Shown here in pieces: positions 19,614 to 28,571 of a stretch of 64,000 nt of DNA. This DNA is from Escherichia coli (lineage in GTDB: Bacteria > Pseudomonadota > Gammaproteobacteria > Enterobacterales > Enterobacteriaceae): the NCBI RefSeq assembly GCF_003991155.1, contig NZ_CP031293.1; one strand, given 5' to 3'. Numbering within the stretch: position 1 is the first letter of the stretch; each line of letters begins with the position of its first letter. The notes under the pieces were generated by a model. It saw only the letters and a list, made by a program, of their open reading frames with translations, was not told the origin of the DNA and ran no database searches. The position numbers and the translations under genes were made by a program.

Positions 19614-21991
19614 TAGATTGACTCCCCCACCTGAGCATCAGTCAATGCCTTGTGCCATATTCTGAAATTCCTGACATGACCAAATAAATGACGTAACCCG
19701 GCTGTAGTCTGGCCTCCAATACGGATAATTGCGGTGTTCTGAATATAGGACCATGTGGTTTTTGTTTCGCTGGATATACGCCCGTTACTTACTGAGCACG
19801 TAGACTGATCTGACTTTACACGCATCCCCATAACCATTTTTTCAAGCAATGCGTTTTCGTTTACCCGTCTGTTAGCTCCTCCAATATCGCAATAAGGAAA
19901 TCCGTCGTAATCTGTTGAATGACCGAAGCCAAGAATAATAGCCGCTCCGGTTTGATGACCGCCGGTATCAAAAACACGCGGTGCTGCATTTGGCGTTTTA
20001 TACCAGTTCTTATGTACCTCACAAAGAACCGTAAAAGGAAGATTATAAAGGTTATTCTTGATTGGGACTGTCACCATATCGCTTGCGCGGGTCGCTGCCG
20101 TCGTTTCTGATATAATAAAAGATGATGCGCAAGGGCCATTTTCAACCTGAGGGGTGGACAGGAAAATATAATCTCCCGATTCAACGACACCACCTTCTTT
20201 TGGTGCGTATTGTATTGCCGAGGTTATGCAGGACTCGTCAATTGCCTGAATCGTTGCCTCTGCAAAAATCCAGCCCGTAACCTCATCCTTGTTAACTCGA
20301 GCAGTGAGCCTGTCGGCAGCTACACCGGTGATTTCAACCGATAAAGACCGCGTATTAACAATGGCATATCCAAGATTAGATGAAGCGCTGCCATCGAAGG
20401 CTTCAAACCTGATCCTTAACCGGAGTTCCAAATCCGTTTTAAATCTGCACGATGTCGTCACACACTTATTATCGCCTGATACATCGACAGCCCCGGTTAC
20501 TGTAACTGACGCCATGTTAACAGGAGAGGTTTTCCCAATCAGAGAATCGTTACAGACAAATTTTCCATAAGTAAAACCAAAACTATCCGTCCCGGTTTCG
20601 GGCACATCCATATTTACCGACTTGCCCCAACTGGCAGGGGTTTCCGAATTGAGCATGTAGTTCGTTCTCTGACCCTCAATAAGCAGGCCATCACGTTCAA
20701 ATCGTGGCTCGTCAATGGCAGCCTCTGTCAGCACACCAGATTTATTAATATAGGTTGCTTTCGATGCGCGTTTAAACTTTACAACCTTATCGCCAGGCAT
20801 CGTTATTTCATCATCACCAATAACAATCTTTTTATATGATGGCGAAAACCCCGTAATCATATCCAGTGAATCGTTAAACGGTATCCACACATCAGGCAGT
20901 GGCTGTAAGACATATTTATACGGCTCTGCTGCCTGACTTGCATACTCTCTGGCTGCGTCTTCACTTGCTTTTGCAGCGGTCTGGCTTGCAGCGGATGCTT
21001 TCGCCGAGTTCGCCGCTGCAGTCTCGCTTGTCTTTGCATTGGTTTCACTGGTTTTTGCTGCTTTTTGACTGTTGGCTGATGCAGTGGCAGAAGCAGCCGC
21101 CGCACTTGCAGAACCAGCTGCGGCACTCTCGCTTTGGGCTGCTGCATCCTGACTGTTTTTCGCCGCAGTTTCGCTGGCTTTAGCATTCGTTTCGCTGGTC
21201 TTCGCTGCCGTCTGGCTGGACTTTGCGTTGGTTTCGCTCGTCTTCGCTGCTTTCTGACTGTTAGCCGCAGCAGTTGCTGATCCAGCTGCTGAAGTCGCAG
21301 AACCGGCTGCTGCGCTCTCGCTTTCAGCTGCTGCAGCCTGGCTGTTTTTCGCCGCAGTTTCACTGGCTTTAGCATTCGTTTCGCTGGTCTTCGCTGCCGT
21401 CTGGCTTGACTTTGCGTTGGTTTCGCTCGTCTTTGCTGCTGTCTCGCTATTTTTCGCGTTGGTTTCTGATTTTTTGGCTGCTGTCGCGGAATTTGCCGAT
21501 GCAGTCTGTGAGGTCGCTGCCGCCTGTGCGCTGTTAGCTGCATTCGTTTCTGAGGTTTTCGCCGCGTTCTTCGATGATGCCGCTGCAGTTTCGGATTTCT
21601 TTGCCGCCGCTGCGCTCTGAGAGGCGGCTTCGGCGTTGCGTGCCACTTCTTCCACCATTGCCTCAAAACGACGCAATGCCTCCGGCATGACATCATCTTC
21701 CGTCATGGCACCGAGAAAATCATTCAGCGTACCTGGTCTGGAGCCTTCATAGACGGTAATGGTCCCAGCATGTGAAGGCGGAAAACCTTCAACCAGCAGG
21801 GTGACGCTGTACTGGCCATACTCAACATCCATGCTGTAACGTCCGGCTTCATCCGGATTTTCAGAAGCCACCGTGTTCACCAGTACCGTGGTGCTGTTAC
21901 GCTTTGCCTTCAGTTGAATAGTGCAGTTCTGTATTGGTTTTCCCGCACCATCTTTCAGCACACCTGAGATTTTTACTGCTGCCATATCCAC
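19613..21991 (-). CDS. stf: Side tail fibre protein (lambda Stf N-terminus, different distal domain)
   Basis: 792 aa. AVKISGVLKDGAGKPIQNCTIQLKAKRNSTTV matches the lambda Stf start. Ala/Ser/Thr fibre repeats follow. The C-terminus ends in the lectin-like NFRIWHKALTDAQV. Confidence 0.85.
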   Translation of the reverse strand: MDMAAVKISGVLKDGAGKPIQNCTIQLKAKRNSTTVLVNTVASENPDEAGRYSMDVEYGQYSVTLLVEGFPPSHAGTITVYEGSRPGTLNDFLGAMTEDDVMPEALRRFEAMVEEVARNAEAASQSAAAAKKSETAAASSKNAAKTSETNAANSAQAAATSQTASANSATAAKKSETNAKNSETAAKTSETNAKSSQTAAKTSETNAKASETAAKNSQAAAAESESAAAGSATSAAGSATAAANSQKAAKTSETNAKSSQTAAKTSETNAKASETAAKNSQDAAAQSESAAAGSASAAAASATASANSQKAAKTSETNAKTSETAAANSAKASAASQTAAKASEDAAREYASQAAEPYKYVLQPLPDVWIPFNDSLDMITGFSPSYKKIVIGDDEITMPGDKVVKFKRASKATYINKSGVLTEAAIDEPRFERDGLLIEGQRTNYMLNSETPASWGKSVNMDVPETGTDSFGFTYGKFVCNDSLIGKTSPVNMASVTVTGAVDVSGDNKCVTTSCRFKTDLELRLRIRFEAFDGSASSNLGYAIVNTRSLSVEITGVAADRLTARVNKDEVTGWIFAEATIQAIDESCITSAIQYAPKEGGVVESGDYIFLSTPQVENGPCASSFIISETTAATRASDMVTVPIKNNLYNLPFTVLCEVHKNWYKTPNAAPRVFDTGGHQTGAAIILGFGHSTDYDGFPYCDIGGANRRVNENALLEKMVMGMRVKSDQSTCSVSNGRISSETKTTWSYIQNTAIIRIGGQTTAGLRHLFGHVRNFRIWHKALTDAQVGESI
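21000..21640. repeat. Intragenic tandem repeats in stf (189-bp period plus shorter AAKTSETNAK-type units)
   Basis: TTTTTCGCCGCAGTTTC(G/A)CTGGCTTTAGCATTCGTTTCGCTGGTCTTCGCTGCCGTCTGGCT recurs at 21156 and 21345. Confidence 0.8.
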
Positions 21992-21996
21992 TCCAC

Positions 21997-22022
21997 AAAA
22001 AAGCCCGCCTGAACCGGCGGGC
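21997..22022 (-). terminator. Rho-independent terminator downstream of lom
   Basis: Minus strand reads GCCCGCC-loop-GGCGGGC followed by TTTTTT, 28 nt after the lom stop. Confidence 0.65.
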
Positions 22023-22049
22023 TGTCATAACACTGTGTTACCTGGCTAA

Positions 22050-22649
22050 TCAGAATTTATAACCGACACCCACGATGAAACCGTCAGTGCGCCAGTCGCC
22101 ACTGCCGGAGCCTTCATAAGCAATATCAATGGCCACGGATTCGGTCGGGTTAAACTGCACGCCAGCTCCCCACGCCAGAGACGTGTTGCTGTGGCGATCG
22201 TCATCACTTCCGGTCAGCACATCGTGCGTTTTCCCCTTGTTGTCAGTTACGCGGAGATAATCCCCGGAGAACGTCGAAACACGGCTGTAAGCCACACCTG
22301 CCATCGCATAAGCACTGAACCATTCATTCACGCGTACAGATGGCCCCGCCATCATGCTGAACCAGCGGTTACGCACTGAATCTTCATGCCAGCGGGTATC
22401 GCTGTAATGCGTTTTTTGCTCATCTTTGGCATTGGCATAACTGAATGACGTCACCAGCCCCAGCGTGTCCGTAAATTCATAACGGTATTTCACGTTAATG
22501 CCCTTCAGGTCATCACTGCCTGGCATATCAGTATGGGTCTGAAGATACCCGGCGCTTAGTGTGGACTGATGCTCTGCTGCGCTCGCTGGCGTACCAGCGG
22601 CAACCAGCCAGACTACTGCGGACAGAATAACAGCACATAATTTACGCAT
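22050..22649 (-). CDS. lom: Lom outer-membrane protein (Ail/Lom family)
   Basis: Trimmed to MRKLCAVILSAVVWLVAAGTPASA (signal peptide) with an upstream GAGAGG SD. Ends in the barrel terminus VGVGYKF. Confidence 0.9.
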   Translation of the reverse strand: MRKLCAVILSAVVWLVAAGTPASAAEHQSTLSAGYLQTHTDMPGSDDLKGINVKYRYEFTDTLGLVTSFSYANAKDEQKTHYSDTRWHEDSVRNRWFSMMAGPSVRVNEWFSAYAMAGVAYSRVSTFSGDYLRVTDNKGKTHDVLTGSDDDRHSNTSLAWGAGVQFNPTESVAIDIAYEGSGSGDWRTDGFIVGVGYKF

Positions 22650-22716
22650 AATTACCTCTCGCTTTTCTGCAATAAAAAAGGCGTCATTTCTGACGCCCAT
22701 ATTGGGGTTATAAAAT

Positions 22717-25700
22717 TCAGCTGATACTGATGCCTGCGGTGGCTTTCTTCATCACCACAACCAGCAAATCGCTGATACTTGCTGTGGGATACCAGCCATT
22801 TACCAGCCATGCCGATACAGAAAATTCCAGTGTCATGACACCACTGCCTGCAGGCATATCAATAACACCCGTATATATCAGCGTATTATCCAGAGCCGTT
22901 CGGTTATAAATTTCAGCACCGTTTTTTCGTACTATCAGACGGCATGAGGAGTAGATATCAGTATGATCTTGCTCATGTTTAGCGCCACTGAATGCCACCG
23001 CCGGGATAACAATTTGCCGGTCAAACGGCTGATCGTCATAAACCCTGACGGTAATGGTTCCTGATGGCCACCGCTCCGGTGCACGGGAGTCCCGGGGGAA
23101 AGCTTTGCCCACCGTTTTAACAATATCGCCTTCAATCTGGTTGGCTGACAGTTTTCCCAGAATCCGGCAGTTCTGATTAATCGTGACATTGTTGAGCGTC
23201 CCGGAGTTCGCATTCACGTTACCGCTGATATCGGCATTTTTCGCCGTCAGCCGCCCGTCCGGTGTCAGGGAAAATGCCGGAGGATTACCGCCGCTGGTAA
23301 TGGTGGGAGCCGTCAGGTATTTCAGGAACACTTCGTTCATGAATATCTGATCGCCCTGACCAACAAACATCGGCTTTGTGTTGCCATTCGCAGGATTAAT
23401 CATCGCAATCCTGTCTGCCGCCAGCAGCACCTGACTCTGCATGCCGTCAGGGGTGTTTTCAATACCGGCACCAATACCCGCGATATAAAGGCGTCCGTCC
23501 TGCATCTGCTGCAGCTTCACAGCCCACATGCTGTTCAGGTTATTATTTGTATCAACCTGAACCTTCTGTATCTGCTGGATCGCTGCACTCTGGTCTTCCA
23601 GTTTCTTATTGACGGTCTGCGTGATTTCATTACTGACATCCGTGATGGACGTTCTGATTTCCGCCAGGTCAGGCGCAAGCTGACCGTTATCAATCTGCGT
23701 CCACAACTCCTGAGCCAGATGGGTTTTCCCTATCTCTCCTTTGAAAAAATCCAGATAGCCGGATGCATCATCACTCGGCTGGCCAACAGCCTCCACGAAT
23801 GCCGATTTGCCAACGGTGTTCACACTGCGGATGTAAAAATAATAATCATGGCCCGGCCTGATATTGATACTGGCAGCTATCCAGTACAGCGCCGTGCCAA
23901 GATAGCGCGCTGTGGTTTCAACCTGTCTGATATCCGCAATCCGCTTTTCCGAGAACCAGAACTCAAACTGTACCGTCGGGTCATAAACGGCAAGATGCGG
24001 CGTGGCGGTGATCTGAAAATAGCCCGGCGTCAGCTCAATCTGTGACGGCGCTGCCGGTGCGGCAATCCGGAACGATACCGATGCAGGATCGCCCTGCTGT
24101 CCCCACGCATTTACCGCCCGGACTGTCAGCCTGTAGTTCCCCAGCGCCAGTTGCGTGAAGCGGTATGTGGTTTCCGCCGTCCGGGCCGTGCTGACCAGCC
24201 GCTCACTGCCGTCATCCGCTGCCACGGTCAGGCGAAGCATGAAACTCACGCCCTTCACCACCTTCGGCGTGTCCCAGCGGGCCAGTACCTGATACTCCCC
24301 GCTGTCTGCGGTGACTTCGGCAGTCAGGTGCTGCACCGCTGGCGGCGTGACACCATTCACCGTGCCGCTCTGGTCGCCGTCAAAGTGCGCCCCGTTATCC
24401 ACGATGGCTTCTTTTTCCGGTACATGCTGCACGGCGGTGATGGCATACGTGCCGTCGTCGTTCTCACGGATACTCACGCAGCGGAACAGGCGCTGGCGCA
24501 GCGTCGGCAGCTTCAGCCCCCACACGCTGTATTCGGCTATCCCGTCAGGAAACCGGCTCACTTTCACCTTCACGCCGTCGGTGACGGACTGGACTTCCAC
24601 GCTGACCGGATTGCCCTGCCCGTCAACCAGGCTTATCAGCGTGGTACCGGAGGATGGCAGCGTGATTTCACGGTCGAGCGTCAGCGTCCGGGTCTGGCTG
24701 TTCACCGCCAGCACGCGCCCGCCAATGCTGATCCCCGCATAGTCATCATCGCAGATTTCAATAACATCACCCGGTACATGGCGAAGCCCTTCTGCGCCGA
24801 CGCTGAAATCCACGGTCTGCGTTTCCAGCAGTTCTGTTTTAATCAGCCACAGCCCGGCGCGGTGTGCCTGCCCCCGGCTGGTACAGCCAAAGGCATCCAT
24901 CTTCGTGACGTTACGACCGTAACGGGCAATGGCCTGCGTGTCCTCCACAAGCTCTGTCGCCGTCTCCCAGCCGTTATTCGGGTCAATCCAGTTCACCTCA
25001 ACGGCATTATGACGGTCCTTCAGGGCGCTGAAGCTGTAGCGGAACGGCGCGCCATCATCCGGCATCACCACATTACTACGGTTATAGGTCCACACCTTAT
25101 CCGATGGCCGGTCCTGCACGAACGTCAGCGTCTGCCCGTTCCATACCGGCATACAGCGCATCGCCGAGCAGAAATCACTGAGCACATCCCACGCCTTGCG
25201 CTGCGTGGTCAGCCAGGCATTACAGGTGATGCGCGGCTCCGTGCCACCAAAGCCATCCGGCACCGACTGGTCGCAATTCTGGCCGATGACATACAGCGCC
25301 CATTTGTCCACATCCGCCGCACCGAGACGCTTCCCCATGCCGTAGCGCGGATGGGTCAGCATATCCCACAGACACCAGGCCATGTTGTTGCTGTATGCCG
25401 GTTTAAACGTCCCGTCCCAGATACCGCTGTATTGCCGCGTCTGCGGGTTATAGTTCGACGGCACCTGCAGAATACGCCCGCGCAGATGATAATTACGGCT
25501 CACCTGCTGGCTGCCGAACTGCTCCGAGTCCACCTGCACGCCGACCAGTGCCGTGTTCGGGTAGCACTGTTTCACATCGATGATTTCGGTGTATGACGAC
25601 CAGAGCGTTTTGTTCTGCAGCTGGTCTGTGGTGCTGTCCGGCGTCATCCTGCGCATCCGGATATTAAACGGGCGCGGCGGCAGGTTATCCACCACCACTG

Positions 25701-26196
25701 AGGCCAGATACTGCGAGGTGGTTTTACCCTTAATGGTGATGTCTTTTTCCGTCACCCAGCCACCGTTACGTTGTATCTGAACCAGCAGGCGGACTTCCGA
25801 TGGATTCCTGTCCCCCTTTGAGGTGGTTTCCACCAGTGCCTGCACACCGAAGGTAAAGCGCAGACGGTCGATGTTTGCCGACGTGATGGTGCGGGTGATC
25901 GGCGTGTCATATTTCACTTCCGTACCCAGCACCGTCTCGGAACCGGAGGATTCAAATCCCTCCGGCGGAGTCTGCTCCTGCTCACCGGCCCGGAACACCA
26001 CCGTGACGCCGGATATATTGGTATTCCCCTCACTGTCCAGCACCGGCGTACTGTTCAGCAGCACGCTTTTTAATCCATCCACCGGACCTTCAACCGGCCC
26101 TTCGCTGATGGCATCGATCACACTCAGCAGCTGCGTGGACTTCAGGTTGTCCTTCGCTTCGCGCGGGGTATGCCCCTTACTGCTGCCTTTACCCAT
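22717..26196 (-). CDS. J: Tail tip/host-specificity protein J
   Basis: 1159 aa, [22 protein letters not shown]...[21 protein letters not shown]. Collinear with lambda J. Confidence 0.95.
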   Translation of the reverse strand: MGKGSSKGHTPREAKDNLKSTQLLSVIDAISEGPVEGPVDGLKSVLLNSTPVLDSEGNTNISGVTVVFRAGEQEQTPPEGFESSGSETVLGTEVKYDTPITRTITSANIDRLRFTFGVQALVETTSKGDRNPSEVRLLVQIQRNGGWVTEKDITIKGKTTSQYLASVVVDNLPPRPFNIRMRRMTPDSTTDQLQNKTLWSSYTEIIDVKQCYPNTALVGVQVDSEQFGSQQVSRNYHLRGRILQVPSNYNPQTRQYSGIWDGTFKPAYSNNMAWCLWDMLTHPRYGMGKRLGAADVDKWALYVIGQNCDQSVPDGFGGTEPRITCNAWLTTQRKAWDVLSDFCSAMRCMPVWNGQTLTFVQDRPSDKVWTYNRSNVVMPDDGAPFRYSFSALKDRHNAVEVNWIDPNNGWETATELVEDTQAIARYGRNVTKMDAFGCTSRGQAHRAGLWLIKTELLETQTVDFSVGAEGLRHVPGDVIEICDDDYAGISIGGRVLAVNSQTRTLTLDREITLPSSGTTLISLVDGQGNPVSVEVQSVTDGVKVKVSRFPDGIAEYSVWGLKLPTLRQRLFRCVSIRENDDGTYAITAVQHVPEKEAIVDNGAHFDGDQSGTVNGVTPPAVQHLTAEVTADSGEYQVLARWDTPKVVKGVSFMLRLTVAADDGSERLVSTARTAETTYRFTQLALGNYRLTVRAVNAWGQQGDPASVSFRIAAPAAPSQIELTPGYFQITATPHLAVYDPTVQFEFWFSEKRIADIRQVETTARYLGTALYWIAASINIRPGHDYYFYIRSVNTVGKSAFVEAVGQPSDDASGYLDFFKGEIGKTHLAQELWTQIDNGQLAPDLAEIRTSITDVSNEITQTVNKKLEDQSAAIQQIQKVQVDTNNNLNSMWAVKLQQMQDGRLYIAGIGAGIENTPDGMQSQVLLAADRIAMINPANGNTKPMFVGQGDQIFMNEVFLKYLTAPTITSGGNPPAFSLTPDGRLTAKNADISGNVNANSGTLNNVTINQNCRILGKLSANQIEGDIVKTVGKAFPRDSRAPERWPSGTITVRVYDDQPFDRQIVIPAVAFSGAKHEQDHTDIYSSCRLIVRKNGAEIYNRTALDNTLIYTGVIDMPAGSGVMTLEFSVSAWLVNGWYPTASISDLLVVVMKKATAGISIS

Positions 26197-26256
26197 TCGT
26201 CATGCTCCATAAACGATAAAACCGCCCGGAGGCGGTTTCACATAAAACGTTTTTCA

Positions 26257-26898
26257 TCAGCGACCAATCACCACAACCTGACCACCATCACCTTCATCTG
26301 CTGTGCTGATCTCCTGAGATACCACACGTGATCCCACGCGCATTTCACCGTACAGAACGGGCAGAACATTGCCCTGGGCAACCATATTATCCAGTGAAGA
26401 AAAATAGGTGTTCTGTTTGCCGTTATCCGTTGTCTGTGTGCGGGGGGTTTTGGGTTTAGGGGCCAGCATCTGTGCAACACCGCCAAGCGTCATACTGGCA
26501 CCGAGAGAAAACAGCAGATTACTCGCCATAATTCCTACCCCCGGCATCCATATAGCAACCGCCATAACAGCCGCCCCCAGCACAGCCTGAAACACACCGC
26601 CACTTTTGGCTCCTGCCAGACGCGGCACGATATGGATCACAGCACCATTTGCCAGCGGTTCATTAAGACGGGCTGATAATTCCGTTTCACCTGTATCACG
26701 CCCGGCAATCCGTACCTGATACCAGCCGTCGCTCAGTTTCTGACGAAACGCCGGGAGCTGTGTGGCCAGCGCCCGGATGGCTTCAGCCCCCGTTTTCACA
26801 CGAAGGTCGATGCGGCGACCAAATCGTTGTAAATCCCCGTAAAGGCAGATGCGCGCCATGCCCGGTGACGCCAGAGGGAGTGTGTGCGTCGCTGCCAT
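26257..26898 (-). CDS. I: Tail assembly protein I
   Basis: 213 aa, MAATHTLPLASPGMARICLYGDLQRF...DGGQVVVIGR. Overlaps the K end by 103 nt, as in lambda. Confidence 0.9.
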   Translation of the reverse strand: MAATHTLPLASPGMARICLYGDLQRFGRRIDLRVKTGAEAIRALATQLPAFRQKLSDGWYQVRIAGRDTGETELSARLNEPLANGAVIHIVPRLAGAKSGGVFQAVLGAAVMAVAIWMPGVGIMASNLLFSLGASMTLGGVAQMLAPKPKTPRTQTTDNGKQNTYFSSLDNMVAQGNVLPVLYGEMRVGSRVVSQEISTADEGDGGQVVVIGR

Positions 26899-27539
26899 TT
26901 GTCGGTATACCTCTCTCGTTTGCTCAGTTGTTCAGGAATATGGTGCAGCAGCTCGCCATCACCACAGTAAATGGCGGCATGATTCGGCACCGATGAACCA
27001 AAACAGCACAGCAGCACATCGCCCGGTTGTGCTGATGACAACGGCACCTGATACAGCCCTGTGGCCTCCAGATTATCCAGATAGAGATTCTGACCGTGAC
27101 GCCACCAGTCATCCTCGCGATGAAAATCCGGCATCTCAATCCCCGCCAGATGATAAGCATCCCGGAACAGCGTGTAACAGTCCGTCACCCCGTGCTCAAA
27201 GCGCCGCCCGGTGAGATGCGGCACACAGCGGAACTTATGAATCGCCCCCCGGCAGACCAGCAACCACGGCAAATCACTCTGCACCTGCAGCCGCCGGTCA
27301 GCCTCACTCAGCCAGGGCAGACCACCGGGGTGGCTGTGGACCAGCGCCACAATCTCACCCTGCATTTCTGCCTGCAGCCAGTCCTCCGGAGCCATCCGGA
27401 AATAATCCTCCGGCTCACCGGAGATATTCACGCAGGGGAAATATCTTTCCCCCTCCGGCGTGCTTACCACGAAGCCGCACGACTCCGCTGGCGCACATCG
27501 CCGGGCGTGCGCCAGAATCGCTGATTCTGTCTCTGTCAT
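26796..27539 (-). CDS. K: Tail assembly protein K (MPN/JAMM plus NlpC/P60 domains)
   Basis: Trimmed to MTETESAILAHARRCAPAESCGF, 4 nt after the L stop. Contains HSHPGG. Lambda annotation uses a later start (199 aa). Confidence 0.85.
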   Translation of the reverse strand: MTETESAILAHARRCAPAESCGFVVSTPEGERYFPCVNISGEPEDYFRMAPEDWLQAEMQGEIVALVHSHPGGLPWLSEADRRLQVQSDLPWLLVCRGAIHKFRCVPHLTGRRFEHGVTDCYTLFRDAYHLAGIEMPDFHREDDWWRHGQNLYLDNLEATGLYQVPLSSAQPGDVLLCCFGSSVPNHAAIYCGDGELLHHIPEQLSKRERYTDKWQRRTHSLWRHRAWRASAFTGIYNDLVAASTFV

Positions 27540-27543
27540 GGGA

Positions 27544-28242
27544 TTACTGCGAAAGTTTGTTAATGGAAAGGAAGCCGCCAAAGTTGCCGACGTTATTGCG
27601 GAACTTACAACCGCTCAGGCATTTGCTGCATTTATCCTTCGTGATATCGGACGTTGGCTGGTCATATTCATCCGCGACCGCCGGACCGTGATAACCGCAC
27701 TCATCGCCGCGATAGGTCCAGGTGCAGGTGTTGGCCAGCATGATACGTCCCGGAAAAACAGCGCCGTCCGTTTCCGTCGGCGTGGACAGTACAAAGGAGG
27801 CACTGACCGCGCTCAGTTCGCTGCACTGCTCAATGCGCCAGCGGCTGATCACCTCCTGCTCCGAATCGGCGTCTCTGTTTCCGTTGACGAAGTTCACCGC
27901 ATCCAGAAAACGGGCGTAAACCTTACGCCTGACCACCGTTCCGCCGACCAGACTCTGCAGATCTTCCGCCATCCCGGTGACCATGCCGTACAGGTTAGAA
28001 ACCGTCAGCGTGGGGCGCGTACTGGTGCCTTTGCCATTCAGTTCAAAACCACTCCCCTGAATGGGATACGCCTGATACTGCCGCCCCTGCCAGGTGACCG
28101 GCTCACCTTTTTCGTTCTGCTCATTACAGAAAAAATAACGTTCTCCACCAACCTCTGTCAGATCGATTTCCCAGAGCACCACGCTGGCCGACTGCTCCGC
28201 ACGGGTGCATTCATTCAGTGTTTCCTGCCGGATATCCTGCAT
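27544..28242 (-). CDS. L: Minor tail protein L
   Basis: 232 aa, MQDIRQETLNECTRAEQSASVVLWEIDL. Lambda L order and length. Confidence 0.95.
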   Translation of the reverse strand: MQDIRQETLNECTRAEQSASVVLWEIDLTEVGGERYFFCNEQNEKGEPVTWQGRQYQAYPIQGSGFELNGKGTSTRPTLTVSNLYGMVTGMAEDLQSLVGGTVVRRKVYARFLDAVNFVNGNRDADSEQEVISRWRIEQCSELSAVSASFVLSTPTETDGAVFPGRIMLANTCTWTYRGDECGYHGPAVADEYDQPTSDITKDKCSKCLSGCKFRNNVGNFGGFLSINKLSQ

Positions 28243-28571
28243 CAGTTCACCACCTGTTTAAACTCTGCGCTGAACTCAACACGCAACATACTGACCTGCG
28301 ACGACCATTTTGCGCAGGTCACCTTTATCTGCCTGTAACCATAAGGCGGCGTCCACAGAAAGGCCTTCCAGCCCCCGTGCTCAGCCAGAAACGACTCCAG
28401 CGCCGTGGCCTCCTCACGGGAGACAGACAGCGTCACGCTGTACGTTTTCAGGTCAGCGTTCAGCCCGGCAGGCGCACGCTGGGAATAGCCATCACCAAAG
28501 CGCACCTCCCTGACGGAAGGAGCCGATGTCACATCCATACCGGGTTTCACTTTCCAGCGGAAGGTCTTCAT
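28242..28571 (-). CDS. M: Minor tail protein M
   Basis: 109 aa, MKTFRWKVKPGMDV.... Lambda M order and length. Confidence 0.95.
   Translation of the reverse strand: MKTFRWKVKPGMDVTSAPSVREVRFGDGYSQRAPAGLNADLKTYSVTLSVSREEATALESFLAEHGGWKAFLWTPPYGYRQIKVTCAKWSSQVSMLRVEFSAEFKQVVN

Noticed and set aside
20857-21696. A 279-aa minus-strand ORF rich in R/Q/K/P repeats inside stf.
   Set aside because: It is an alternative reading frame of the stf Ala/Ser/Thr repeat DNA. Its periodicity simply mirrors the 189-bp and shorter repeats, and the authentic frame is fixed by the lambda Stf N-terminus.
24151-25596. A 481-aa plus-strand ORF, with several other long ORFs (for example 27460-28338, 28959-30571 and 36354-37067), lying opposite the tail and head genes.
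   Set aside because: They lie antisense or out of frame to genes with unmistakable lambda J, K/L, H and C identity. Their translations are Arg/Pro/Ala/His-rich low-complexity strings, typical of shadow ORFs in GC-rich coding DNA.
26219-26238. The hairpin AAACCGCC-CGGA-GGCGGTTT between I and J, and a similar one between D and E (about 35555-35575), considered as internal terminators.
   Set aside because: The same hairpins exist at these positions in lambda, within the Q-antiterminated late operon. They are not new and are unlikely to act as operon boundaries.
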